Below, piece by piece: positions 1-10,399 of a DNA stretch of 17,158 nucleotides (its first letter is position 1; every line of letters starts with the position of its first letter). The translations under genes were made by a program, and so were the position numbers. This stretch comes from Anthoceros angustus (lineage: Eukaryota; Plantae; Anthocerotophyta). The stretch spans positions 1 through 17,158 of the forward strand of contig VJWM01000405.1 in assembly GCA_010909165.1 (NCBI GenBank), read 5' to 3'. The notes beneath the pieces were generated by a model, which was not told the DNA's origin, did not search any database, and saw nothing but the letters and a program-made list of their open reading frames with translations.

Positions 1-718
1 CGAGGCACACACAAAGCGGTACATCTTGGTGGCAACGGACTCGCACGGTGGGTGGAGCGGTGCTACTAGGGCGGACTCTGACGGTGGCCAAATTCCTCTG
101 AAAACATCATCACAAGGTGCAGGGTGTCGTTGCGGTAAGTAGCGATAGGGGAACTCATTTCCTCAATGATGTGATAGCAATGACGGACTATTTTGGCATC
201 ACACATCGTAAAAGCGGCCCCAAAGGCCAGCGGATTGTGGAAGACCAGCGGACTTATCGCGCATCCTGAATAAGCTACGGTCAATTATGCATACGGTAGG
301 ATACAAAGCTACCATCGGGCTATATGGGCCGGGAGGAGGTAACAGAACTCATTACTAGCCTATGGGCACTCACCCGTTATGCGGTGAGTTTGAGGTGCCA
401 ACACTCCATCATGATGGAGGCGCAACGGATGAAGAGCCAATGGGCGCTTGCTAGGGTTTGTTCAGCATACGGAGGGTCGAGAAGAGGCGAGAGAATGCAA
501 GGCTGTGCATCGTTGTGGCGGAGGCTCGGGAGAGTATGTGAAGGAGGAGATTTGGCCCTTCTTTGACGGCCGCCATATGCACTTCCGGGTAAACTCCACT
601 TGCGATGGATGGACCTTACCGGTGAATGCGGTATCGCCAATGGGTCCGTTCAACGGCGTTGGATGGTGAGCTGCCCACTCGTGTGAGCGGGTGGCGGGTG
701 AAAAAGTATCATGCCTAG
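1..718 (+). mobile_element. Ty3/gypsy integrase core and C-terminal GPY/F region, degenerate and 5'-truncated by the window edge
   Basis: Frame-jumping translation gives KRYILVATD...TVAKFL-ENIITR...SDRGTHFLNDVIA.MTDYFGITHRKS...LPS..WA, then DLALLFDGRHMHF-GKLHLRWM-PYRV..VSPNG...LDGELPTRVSGWRVKKY, with a stop at 716-718. No chromodomain is evident. Confidence 0.9.
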
Positions 719-1385
719 TGTTGGCGGAGGAGATGAGAAGGGAGTATGTGGGCTACGGACTTCCCTTGGGGTTAGAAATAAGTGGGGTTTTGTTTTTTCG
801 TAGGTTGAATAGTAAAATAAGGCGGAAAGGAGGAATAAGCGGATGGTGCTCGGGCTCGGAGTATACTCGGACTCGGGAGGGTGCGGACCGTACCACTATG
901 GCCGACTCGGCCGGGAAGGATAAGTCCGGACCCACTCCGGTCAAAGCAGGATAAATCGCAGAAGTAATTTGGAAGTTGAGTCGTGAGGACGGACTAAGCG
1001 GTGGGCGGCTGAGTGGAGGTCGGGCATGCAGCAGGTGAGTAACCTTGCGAGGCCGTTATAGCAGTGTATTGCCCCATGCGGCGTGGAGGCGGGGCGGCGT
1101 AAGGCAGTGCAGGCGTAAGGTCGAGTAAGCCATGCAAACCTCTGGCGATTCTACAGACGGGGAAGAGGCACCTTCCGCCAGTTACTCCAAGCGGCCGGCG
1201 AGGGTCATTTCTGCATGCGACCTCGAGACAATTCTCGCGTCTCTTGCGCTCACGGCTCTCTGGCGCTATCTCTTTGAATGCTCGGCATCTTGGCGCGGCT
1301 CACCGTTTGGGGTTGGGCGTGAGCGGCGAAGGCGCGCCGTGCGGCGGTCTCCGTGGCAGCTCTGACGTGAAGGGAGAAGAAGGCG

Positions 1386-1800
1386 ATGGCACCCAAAAAG
1401 GCTGCGGAGGTCTGGGAGCCATGGAACCTGGTAGAGCGCAACATTGTGACCCGGCGCTATCCGGACTTTGGGCCATGGCTGGAGGCGGGAGGATTAGTCG
1501 AGGAGTGGCACTTAGACGTGTTCCGGTGCGGACGTTTGACAGTGTCACTCTGGTCCGGGAGTTCGCCCGGAAGATGTTGGCTGCGGCCAACAAGGAGTTC
1601 GGTCCAAGAACCTCGGGAGGATCAGAGATGGACCTTGGAGGTCTGACGACTACAACCGCCCGGAGGAGGATGGGGGCGTGGTCCCGAGCCCCTCAAGGCG
1701 AAGATAGAGGCCGCAAGGCGGCGATCTTGAGGCCGGGCAGGCGGACAACCCAGTTGATTTGGTTGATATCGGACGGCCAGTGGCATAGCGGATCATCGTC
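1386..1800 (+). pseudogene. Frameshifted accessory ORF of unknown function downstream of the gypsy integrase
   Basis: Starts MAPKKAAEVWEPWNLVERNIVTRRYPDFGPWLEAGGLVEEWHLDVFRC and continues across frames (VTLVREFARKMLAAANKEFGPR...DDYNRPEEDGGVVP). Its position matches the extra 3' ORFs of some plant gypsy lineages. The end coordinate is approximate. Confidence 0.4.
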
Positions 1801-2431
1801 CACGGAACTTGCTCACCAAGGTGGATCACCTTGTGATAATTTCTTGTGTTCACACATGCGTTGCGGCGGGGGAAGAGGGAGGAAGGATCATCTTGGCAGT
1901 TGGAGAGGCCGCAGGCCGAGAGAAGCCCTCGCATCGGACTATCCCCATACCGATCCATGTATGGGGACATTTAGCTCTGAAGGATGGGGAGATAGGCGGG
2001 CGCTCGGAAAGGTTGGCGGCCCTACGAGTGGAGGCAGGCAAGGGCGGGAGGAGGCCCCCTAGGCCAAGCGGTCGGGAGGAGGGCAGCAGGAAGGATATCG
2101 GACTCCATACGTGCGAGCGGACCCCTCACCACCCGAGCAGTGTGGGAAGATATCCCGCTTCCTCCTCCCGTGCCTCATGGGAACAGCAGTCAAGAAGCGA
2201 GGCAGGGCCCAGCGGCAGGCCCACCACCACCGGCCACAGCGTGAGAGGATTGGACTTGGGCTTCGCCTCCTCTCCTTGGCCTTGGGTGGGCTTCTCTCCT
2301 TGGCCTTGGACTTGGTCCCCTCTCTAGTCCTCAAGCCTTGGGACTTGGGCCTCTCCTTTGGCCTTGGGCCCCTCCCTAGGCCTCAAGCCGTGGGCACACT
2401 TTAGAGAGTCCCTTGCCTACTTGTTTAAAGA

Positions 2432-2552
2432 GCTAGTGTCGCCTCGCCTAGCACGGCCTAGCATCGCCTAAGGTCGCTTAGCATCACCTAGCATCGCCTA
2501 GTGTCACCTAGCATCGCCTAGCATCACACTAAGCCTAGCACGGCCTATCTAG
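2432..2552. repeat. 10-bp tandem repeat, consensus GCATCGCCTA, about 8 in-register copies plus degenerate flanks
   Basis: 2451-2530 reads gcacggccta gcatcgccta aggtcgctta gcatcaccta gcatcgccta gtgtcaccta gcatcgccta gcatcacact. Confidence 0.9.
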
Positions 2553-2821
2553 TGTACACACACGAGATCATAGCTTGTAACAACAGGAGGGAGTAGCTCG
2601 CGCATCGTGGCACAAACACACTCTCCCCACGAGAACAACACACAAATTCCTCACACATTGCTCTCGGAGTCATGGCTTTGGCCTCCTCATAACACCCTTG
2701 CATTGCATCTAGAGGACAAGCTATGATCTGAGCTTGTCCTTAATGGAAGGGTTTGTATATACTAGCCCTTGGCATCGGCATATTCCTAAGATATCCTATT
2801 GGCATCAGCATATGCTGGAAA

Positions 2822-2962
2822 TATCCTAAGAATACACTATAATATGCAAGGAATATGCTAAATCATATTACTTGAGCTTATCCACTTAGCTATTGTATCC
2901 TAAGAATACACTATAATATGCAAGGAATATGCCAAAGCATATTACTTGAGCTTATCCACTTA
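2822..2962. repeat. Direct duplication of about 67 bp with a 74-bp period, in an AT-rich LTR-like region
   Basis: tatcctaagaatacactataatatgcaaggaatatgc...catattacttgagcttatccactta occurs at 2822-2888 and 2896-2962 with few mismatches. Confidence 0.9.
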
Positions 2963-3094
2963 TATATTACTAACCATGTTTAATTAACACTAATCAATGC
3001 TTAATGAACATAAGCACCTTAGATTAATTAATACTAATTACTTACTTAAAGATAAGTAATTAGATTAATTAATGATAATCAAACACTAAACCCA

Positions 3095-3480
3095 AGTGCA
3101 GAGATTAGTATCACACGACATGACATCGAGGAGTTCCCTTGTGATGCGGAGCTCCTCCCTAAGTCCTCTAGCCACGTTATCCCATTCCTGCTTCTCACTT
3201 GCTAGACCATCGGATTTCCCTTTGTAATACTCCTTCCGTTTGTCCATGGCTAGCAATCTCTTCTGTAGGAGGTCCTTTTCATCTTCAAGGTCATTCCGGG
3301 CCTTGCTGGCTTTGGTAGTAGCTGCCTCCTTCTCTCAATTCACCTCTCCTACCCTTTTTAGGGCCGTTCTCAAACGTTCCTCCACCTGATTCTTGGTGGC
3401 TTCCATTTCCTTAGCCTTCTTGGCTGAACTGGCTTCCCTCCCTAAGACTTGGTGTATCATCTCCCACACTTTGACCAGCT
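3095..3480 (-). pseudogene. Coiled-coil ORF fragment, probably a retroelement accessory protein
   Basis: The minus strand reads SKLVKVWEMIHQVLGREASSAKKAKEMEATKNQVEERLRTALKRV, then after a frameshift EKEAATTKASKARNDLEDEKDLLQKRLLAMDKRKEYYKGKSDGLASEKQEWDNVARGLREELRITRELL. It is charged and helical, with no recognisable domain. Confidence 0.45.
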
Positions 3481-3483
3481 TTG

Positions 3484-3855
3484 ATCGCATTCTGCCCAAT
3501 GGAGTGACGCCGCACTCTACCAAGGTTTAGGCCATCCTTCAAGTCAAGGAGCCTACCAATGTTTCGGCGCTACGAGCTTTCTTGGGTCTATGCAACTACT
3601 ACCGAGTATACATCCAAAGCTTCAGCCGAATAGCCAAGCCCCTAAACGACCCGCTGCGCAAGGATGTCAATTGGGAATGGACAGAGGCGGTTCGCCAAGC
3701 CTTCAATCCTTGAAGGCAAGGTGGCCGAGGCACACGCCATGGCTGTGCTGATTTGGGAAGCCCTTTGTGGTCCACGACGACTAGAGCATCTTGGGACTTG
3801 AGCTGGCCGGCCCAATTAGATGAGGAAGGGTAGGAGCGAGTGATCGCCATGCCCA
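3484..3855 (+). mobile_element. Ty3/gypsy RT C-terminus, connection domain and start of RNase H (decayed)
   Basis: Translates as ILPNGVTPHSTKV*AILQVKEPTNVSALRAFLGLCNYYRVYIQSFSRIAKPLNDPLRKDVNWEWTEAVRQAF..LK, then KPFVVH.D*SILGL....QLDEEG*ERVIA.A. It contains in-frame stops. Confidence 0.9.
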
Positions 3856-4883
3856 AGAGGCCTCAGATTAGAGAGGAATTGTCAGAGCCACTAATGAGGA
3901 GCTTCCTAGAGAAAATCTTAGTGATCAATGGTCTGCAAGAATCCCTGGAGCTGCCTAGTTGAGGTGGGCCTACGGGATATTTGAGGACGAGAGTAAGGGC
4001 TTTGAGGGGGATCATTGAGTTTATGGTACGCCACAAGCCTTGTATTGAGAGAGTCGTGGAGAGCCTAGCTAGTGAGTTTGTTGTCGAGTGAAGGGCGAGC
4101 CAATTGGGTGTAGATAGCCGACTCAAGTGTGTATTCTATGAATAAAGAGCACCTTGAGGAGGTGGCCTACGAGTCGATGGACAACGGCTACTGGAGCCTA
4201 GGTTGCGCCTTGAGATTGAGAGCTCGAAAGTTGTGCTCGGTGGAGTGATTGACGAAAGTCCTAAGACCGTTGGAAGCCAGCACTTACCGCTTCTCACCGG
4301 CTGCCTAGTGAGGGGCGTTAAAGGTAGTGAGTAAAGTATTCAGTGATTGCCCACGGAGTTGAATAAGCTAGATATTCAGATTTCTTTATGGCAGTCTCTA
4401 CTTTTCCTGCCTGTATTTAGCAAGAGCGTCGATCTACCCTGATTGCGTTGTGTGTCATAGCTTGCTTTGACCAAGGAGGGCACTCGAATGAATGTGGTAC
4501 TTGAGTTTTAGGTGGCGAGCTATTCAGTAGAGGTAAAAACAATGGGCTTCACTTGTTGGCATCGTCGTTTTGTCTCTCTGCGCGTGATTCTCTGCACAGA
4601 GTTGGCTGGGCAAGCCCTGTGCGCCCTTCCACGCCTGCGAAGCCTGTGATGGATCTGTCGCTGTTGAATCGAAATTCGCTATCTGAATAGTTTAGAAACC
4701 ACAGTGCGATGGGTTTCCGGTCCTTACATTACGGATAAAGGTCCTTGGACTTGAGGACCAGGATGGGAACTGCTATTTCGGCATACCGTTCATCGGTCCG
4801 CTGATTGCACTGGATGTAACTGTAGTAGACCGCTTGTTGGTGGCTATGTTGTCGAGAATAATCGCCAGCTCAGCACCGGAAGG

Positions 4884-7800
4884 TTGGCCGCAAAATGGTG
4901 GGGACGCTCGAGCAGCAGTTTAGTCCGCCCCACGACGGTGTTCGCCAGTCAGGGCCGAAGATTTGGGAAAATGTGGTGGTACAACCAATTACTGGTCCTA
5001 TGGTTTATTGTGGGGTTCTGCAGCTCTGTGTTCTTGTATCATCATCTCGATACTTCAAATCTGGAGCGCCGACAGGAGACTCTCTCAAGTATGTGCGATG
5101 AACGGGCCCGGATGCTGCAAGATCAATTTGTTGCAAGTATGAATCACGTCCGAGCGCTTACAGCACTGGTCACTACCTTTCATCTTGAAAACAGCCATCA
5201 GCATTAGACCAGGTGAGAATTGTATCAGCTAGGTTCGTCTCCTGCTGTCGATAACACGAAATTGGGTACCTACCAGACAACGTGCATTTTGGACTTTACT
5301 GAGAATTGGCCAAGGGCTCCTCAGTTCTCAACTTCCCTGATACGGTCTCGCTTGTGTTGTTGCGTTTGCGCAGAAAACTTTATACCTACGCTGCCAGGAC
5401 AGCGTGTGAACGGCCACTTATGAGTGGAGTAGCGTATGCGCAAAAGTGCTTCATCAGGAAAGAGAGGCTTTTGAAAAGGAGCAAGGGTGGAGTATTGAAA
5501 GATGCACCCAGGGACTGGCAGCTTGTAGAAGATGAGTATGCGCCTGCTACCCTGACACAGGATACAGTTGGGTATTTGACATCGCTAGACCTCATGTCGG
5601 GCCAGGTAATATACTTGAGTGGTTCGTAGTCGGCTCTTGAGGTTCTGGCTAACCATCTTATGATAACACGTTATCATGGTTATGTAGGAGGATAGGGAAA
5701 ATATCTTACGTGCCAGAGCGTCAGGCAAGGGTGCATTGACAAGTCCCTTCAGGCTTCTTACAAACCACTTGGGGATTGTATTTACTTTCGCTGTGTATAC
5801 GGACGATCTCCCTCCAGATGCCACCCCTGAACATCGGATTGCACATTGTGCTGGGTAGGTGCTTTGTCCACTTATAACACAAGGATGCCTAATGTGCGCA
5901 TGTAGACAGAACTTTTCTTCTATGACTCAGCACATCAAGCACTTCGTTTTCCACTGTGCTAGAGGTCACAATTTGTGTTCGGTGAATGTTGCAGCTATCT
6001 TGGTGGGGCATTTGATGTGGAGTCCCTAGTGGAAAAGTTACTGCGGCAGCTTGCTGGAAGTTCCACAATTGTGGTTAACGTTTATGACACTACCAACCAT
6101 TCACTTCCACTTGTCATGTATGGATCCTCTCCTGACAATGAGAACCACTACGTTAGCAGCTTGACTTCGGAGATCCTTTACGAAAGCATGAAATGCGATG
6201 CAGGTAAGTATGGTGAAAGAAGCCTGTAGATTTATTACAGTTCTGTCTGGATAATTGACCCTGCGTCACTGTACAGGTTTGTGGACCCACGACCTGTGCC
6301 ATGGTCAGCCGTATGGGCATCTGTTGGGCTTTTTGTAATCTTCCTGCTACTTGGTCAAATCGGGTTTGCAGCTTATGCGAAGAATTTCCCAGGTGGAGGA
6401 GGACTATAAGAAGATGGAAGAATTGAAGCTACGAGCAGAATCTGCTGATGTTGCTAAGTCTCAGGTGAGGTGCATCCACCAGTCCACATGTGTTGCTTTT
6501 ATAGTTGCGGTGCTGACTCTCAACATGTTTTACTCTTGCCTGATGTGGGCTACTGTGCTGAACCTTATGCAGTTTCTGCAACAGTCTCCCATGAAATTCG
6601 TGACCCAATGAACGGAGTACTTGGTAAGCAGAGCGAAAACTGAGTGTCTTGTTTGACCTCTTGAGTAGCTTGGTGATAGTCAATCAGTGATAAGACCTAA
6701 AAGGCTGCATGTTGTACAGGCATGCTGCAGATGCTTATGGACACAAGTCTAGATTCGACTCAGATGGATTATGCGAGAACAGCTCAAGCTAGTGGGCAGG
6801 CATTGATCACTCTTATAAATGAGGTTCTGGATCAAGCGAAGATTGAATCTGGACGGCTTGAACTCGAGGCTGTCCCTTTGATTTAAGTGCCATTCTTGAT
6901 GACGTTGTGTCTTTGTTTTCATCCAAGTCACGCCGACAAGCACCTTTGAGGTTCTTCCTCACTCTACTTGTTTGGAGGACATAAACTTTTGTTATGTGGG
7001 TTTCCTTGAAGTCTTTTGAGCTTGCACGTGCCTCTGATTTTTTCCTGGACCGTTTGCAAGCTATTGATGGAGTGAATGCTTATTTTAAAGTGGTTGGTGT
7101 GAGCAGCTTGCGGTCTTTGTTCGGACAGGGTGCCTCAGATGTTGGTAGGAGATCCAGGGTTCCGGCAGATTATCACTAATCTAGTGGGGAACTCTATAAA
7201 GGTCAGTGGTTGTTCGGATGGCCATCTTCGGTTTGATTGTGGTGATGTTGTGCACTTGTATGTCTGAAAAAGTAGCTAGTAGGCCGGCTATGTGTTGACT
7301 CAGTTGTTTAACCTCATAACTGGGTCACTCGGCCAGACTCTGTTGAATCATCGAGGTGCGCCACATTGGTCTAGGTGTCGAGCTCCTTGATCTTTGAGAC
7401 CATCACCCAATTAGCCTGCTGGGACCTTTCTGCTTACTATTTTCAGAGGATGCTAACATTTTTGTCATTAGTGGACCAAACTTAAGATTCTAGGTCTGGG
7501 AGATACTGCTTTGCATACAGGCCTTCACTGCATCGTTTCTCTTAGGCCCAAAATGGGAACTAAGGGAGTTGATTACGCTAGAGGTGATTAGAAATGACTG
7601 ACGCAACTTGCATGCAGTTCACCGGACGTGGACACATTTTCCTTTGTGTGCACTTAGCTGAAGATATGGATACGGTGATGGAGGCATTGGAGCATGATAG
7701 CACCAGTCTCTGTTGTGAAGAGGGTACAGACGGTGTAATCCGAAAGTCTTGTGACTCGCTCAGTGGGTTTGAAGCTGCAGATGGCCGAAATTGTTGGAAC

Positions 7801-9463
7801 ACATTCAACCTCCTGCTACAGAAAGGGGCCCATCGAGGGCAATCACAGATACATCTGGTAGTTCAGATGATAAAGTCACCTTGTTTGTTAGTGTGGAAGA
7901 CACTGGTGTGGGATTCCTCTTCATGCGCAGGAACGTGTGTTCACCCCTTTATGCAAGCAGACAGCTCCACGCACGTATGGAGGAACGGGATTGGACTGAG
8001 TATCAGCAGATGCCTTGTCGAATTGATGAGCGGCGAGATGAGCTTCATCAGCCAACCAGGAGTTGGAACAACGTTCACATTTACTGCAGTGCTTCGAAAG
8101 GCAGCATCTGGCATGCATGAGGGCTTGAGGTACCCATTGCAGGTTTCAAACCAATTCACGGGTAAAAGAGCTCTTGTTGTGGATGGGAGGCCTGTCCGGG
8201 CACATGTGACTCAGCAGCACTTGCGGCGGCTGGGAGTTCAGGTGGATATAGCCATCGATATTCCCTCTGCCATGTCGTTCTTCACGTGGCAAGCAGACAT
8301 TGTATCATCAACAAACAGTCGGTATGCCATTACATATCCTAAGTAGGCTCTTTCCTTTGCTGTTTGCATGCCGTATTGCCAGCATAGATCTTCAAACTGA
8401 GGACAGCTTTTTTGTTCTGATACAAGGTGGAGACTGTGTGTAGATAGTTACATTCCCAAGTGCAATCGAGTGTGTGAACTTGACTCTTTACGACCTTGTT
8501 CTTTGCCTTATTCTCTTTCAGGTCAACAAGCACTGTCGATATGGTTCTGGTTGACAAAGATTCCTTTGGTCCTGGTACTGGCCTTTCTTTTCCTCGACAT
8601 ATTCTACTATCAAATTTTAGGTCTGGGTCGTCTGTCAAACTGCCTGTCCTTATTCTTGTTGCCACCTCACTCACTGATGAGGAGCTACAACACGCAAGAC
8701 ACGGCTGGATATGAAGACTTTGTTATTCAAAGCCTCTGGCGAGCATGCTTGCTACCAGTCTTGAGCTGGCTTTAGGATTGCTCAGCAAGGGTGACCAAGG
8801 AGGAGCTCTCTCAAAGTTTCCTAGCTCTTCAGAAACTTCTTTCTGGAAAATGTATTCTGGTGGTGGATGATAACATAGTCAATCGCAGAGTAGCTGGAGG
8901 ACACTAAGTATGGAGCCAAAGTTGAATGTGCTGAAAGTGGAAGGCTGCAATCAAGATGCTTCAACCACCCCATGACTTTGATGCCTGCTTTATGGATGTT
9001 CAAATGCCTGAGATGGATGGGTAAAATCACGAGCCTCCTTTTGCTAGGCGATTAAGTCGTCATTGTTTTGCCATTTCCAAGGCTGTCATCCAATTCCAGC
9101 TGTGAAGCTAGTTCACATCATCCAGCTGATTATATTTTGAGATTGTTCGGTTTCTAGCTTATATCTGGGCTGACATAGCCGGCTTGTTTCTCATCTTGTG
9201 ATCGCATGCAGTTCTCAAGCCACGAGACACATTCGTAAGGCGGAGTGGGCAATCATGCAAGGACTCACTAGTGAGATGAATGGAAACATAGTGCGGAAGT
9301 CTGATACATGGCATACACCGATACTGGCAATGACTGCTGATGTAATACAAGCCACACATGAGGAATGCTTGCGCTCTGGTATGGATGGCTATGTTGCTAA
9401 GCCTTTGACGAGGACCAGCTGTTTAAAGCCATTATCACAGTTTTTCAATCTTCCAAAGTGTGA
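4884..9463 (+). CDS. CHK: CHASE-domain hybrid histidine kinase (cytokinin receptor, AHK4/CRE1/CHK family), 11 coding exons; start codon uncertain (~4650-4971)
   Basis: Approximate exons, all with GT-AG introns: <4884-5212, 5374-5605, 5688-5854, 5995-6203, 6277-6464, 6573-6623, 6720-6950, 7107-7201, 7618-8321, 8522-9020, 9212-9463. Motifs in order: TM LLVLWFIVGF; CDERARMLQDQF..SMNHV; DEYAP; EDRENILRARASGKGALTSPFRLL; YLGGAFDVESLVEKLL; second TM; AKSQFLATVSHEIR.PMNGVLGM (H-box); NLVGNSIKFT (N-box); VEDTGVG and GGTGIGLSIS (G-boxes); pseudo-receiver ALVVDGRPVR; receiver ILVVDDN.VNRRV, FMDVQMPEMDG, PILAMTADVIQATHEECLRSGMDGYVAKPF. Confidence 0.96.
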
Positions 9464-9478
9464 AGATTTTTATTGATT

Positions 9479-9506
9479 GATTGGATATGTTGTTAAGCCT
9501 TTGACG
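9479..9506 (+). repeat. Short imperfect duplicate of the CHK C-terminal coding segment (DGYV.KPFD) just 3' of the stop
   Basis: 9384-9410 gatggctatgttgctaagcctttgacg versus 9479-9506 gattggatatgttgttaagcctttgacg. Confidence 0.75.
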
Positions 9507-9844
9507 GAAACTTCCTTCACTTCACAAAACTAAGGTTTACGACGAAGACCAGCGGTTGAACCTGCAGATCACTTTTTACTCCACTGATTGAGAATATTTT
9601 CTCTTACGTTGAAGAGTTTGTTACAAGGAACTGGGTGTTCCTTCCCTTGAAACCATGACCGCGGTGAGAACTTTGTACACCAAATCTGAACACTGGTGTA
9701 TTACATTTTTTATGAGAGTCGTCCTCGTGTCACTCCCAGGTTGGACCGGACTCATGAAAGGATGTGGAAGACTCACAACTACATTATAAAGCATTCCTCC
9801 CTACACGCTGAACCTGTAAATGATCATGAGTGACAACAATGAAG

Positions 9845-10155
9845 ATAGCTTAGGATCCTCCGGAGCATAGCTGGTGATCGTTGGAAGAAGAGTGAAGGAA
9901 GCATTGGGTCTTCACCAAGAAAGGTTGAAGGAAACCAAGTGGAAGATCCAGACCGCAGCCGGGACCACAGAGCATGTGTTGGGGGTGACGAGGTACAAGC
10001 TAAAGGTTTCATTCAAACCAAGATCATCTGATTTATCTTGGTCGAGGTACACTGCTTGGTCACTGATGCAAACACATTTGATGTCTTGCTGGGAGCGGAC
10101 GCTTTGTACAAACCTGGAGTCATGGTGGATTTGTGGACGGAGACAATCTACTAAT
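9845..10155 (+). mobile_element. Ty3/gypsy-type retropepsin (aspartic protease), decayed
   Basis: Translates as LGSSGA*LVIVGRRVKEALGL...WKIQTAAGTTEHVLGVT (remnant of the D-S-G-A active site plus flap). After a frameshift it reads VEVHCLVTDANTFDVLLGADALYKPGVMVDLWTETIY, the C-terminal D-V-L-L-G motif. Confidence 0.8.
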
Positions 10156-10399
10156 ACGTGCTTGAACCTCTTGGGGTGTGTCTAACAACCGCAGCTGACA
10201 TAATGGAGGATTTCGACGAGGAGGAGGAAGACAAGCTAGGGTTGCAACTACCCTCAGAGGAGGTTCTTCAAGTCAGCCGGACGGAGCTGGTGACTACAAT
10301 GAATGAGTGCAAAGTTGTGGAGGATGGTGCAAGAGGACCGGTTCTATGAGCCGAGAAGGCCAGAAGTTCTTGTCTAGGGTTGAGCCTGCTTTGTGAAAC

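Noticed and set aside
1244-2404. 272-aa, 172-aa and other GC-rich ORFs as genes
   Set aside because: Low complexity and overlapping in several frames; only short segments look protein-like.
2727-2740. GAGCTTGTCC shared with 16630-16639
   Set aside because: A 10-bp match within 17 kb is too weak to infer a relationship.
2432-2962. CRISPR array
   Set aside because: Repeats are tandem without unique spacers, there are no cas genes, and the context is a eukaryotic TE.
2576-3115. Defined minus-strand LTR ending at TGTAAC
   Set aside because: No second copy, PBS, PPT or TSD is found, and an inverted repeat spans the supposed boundary.
3860-4330. Separate gene between the RNase H fragment and CHK
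   Set aside because: Stop-riddled with no recognisable motif; probably TE debris.
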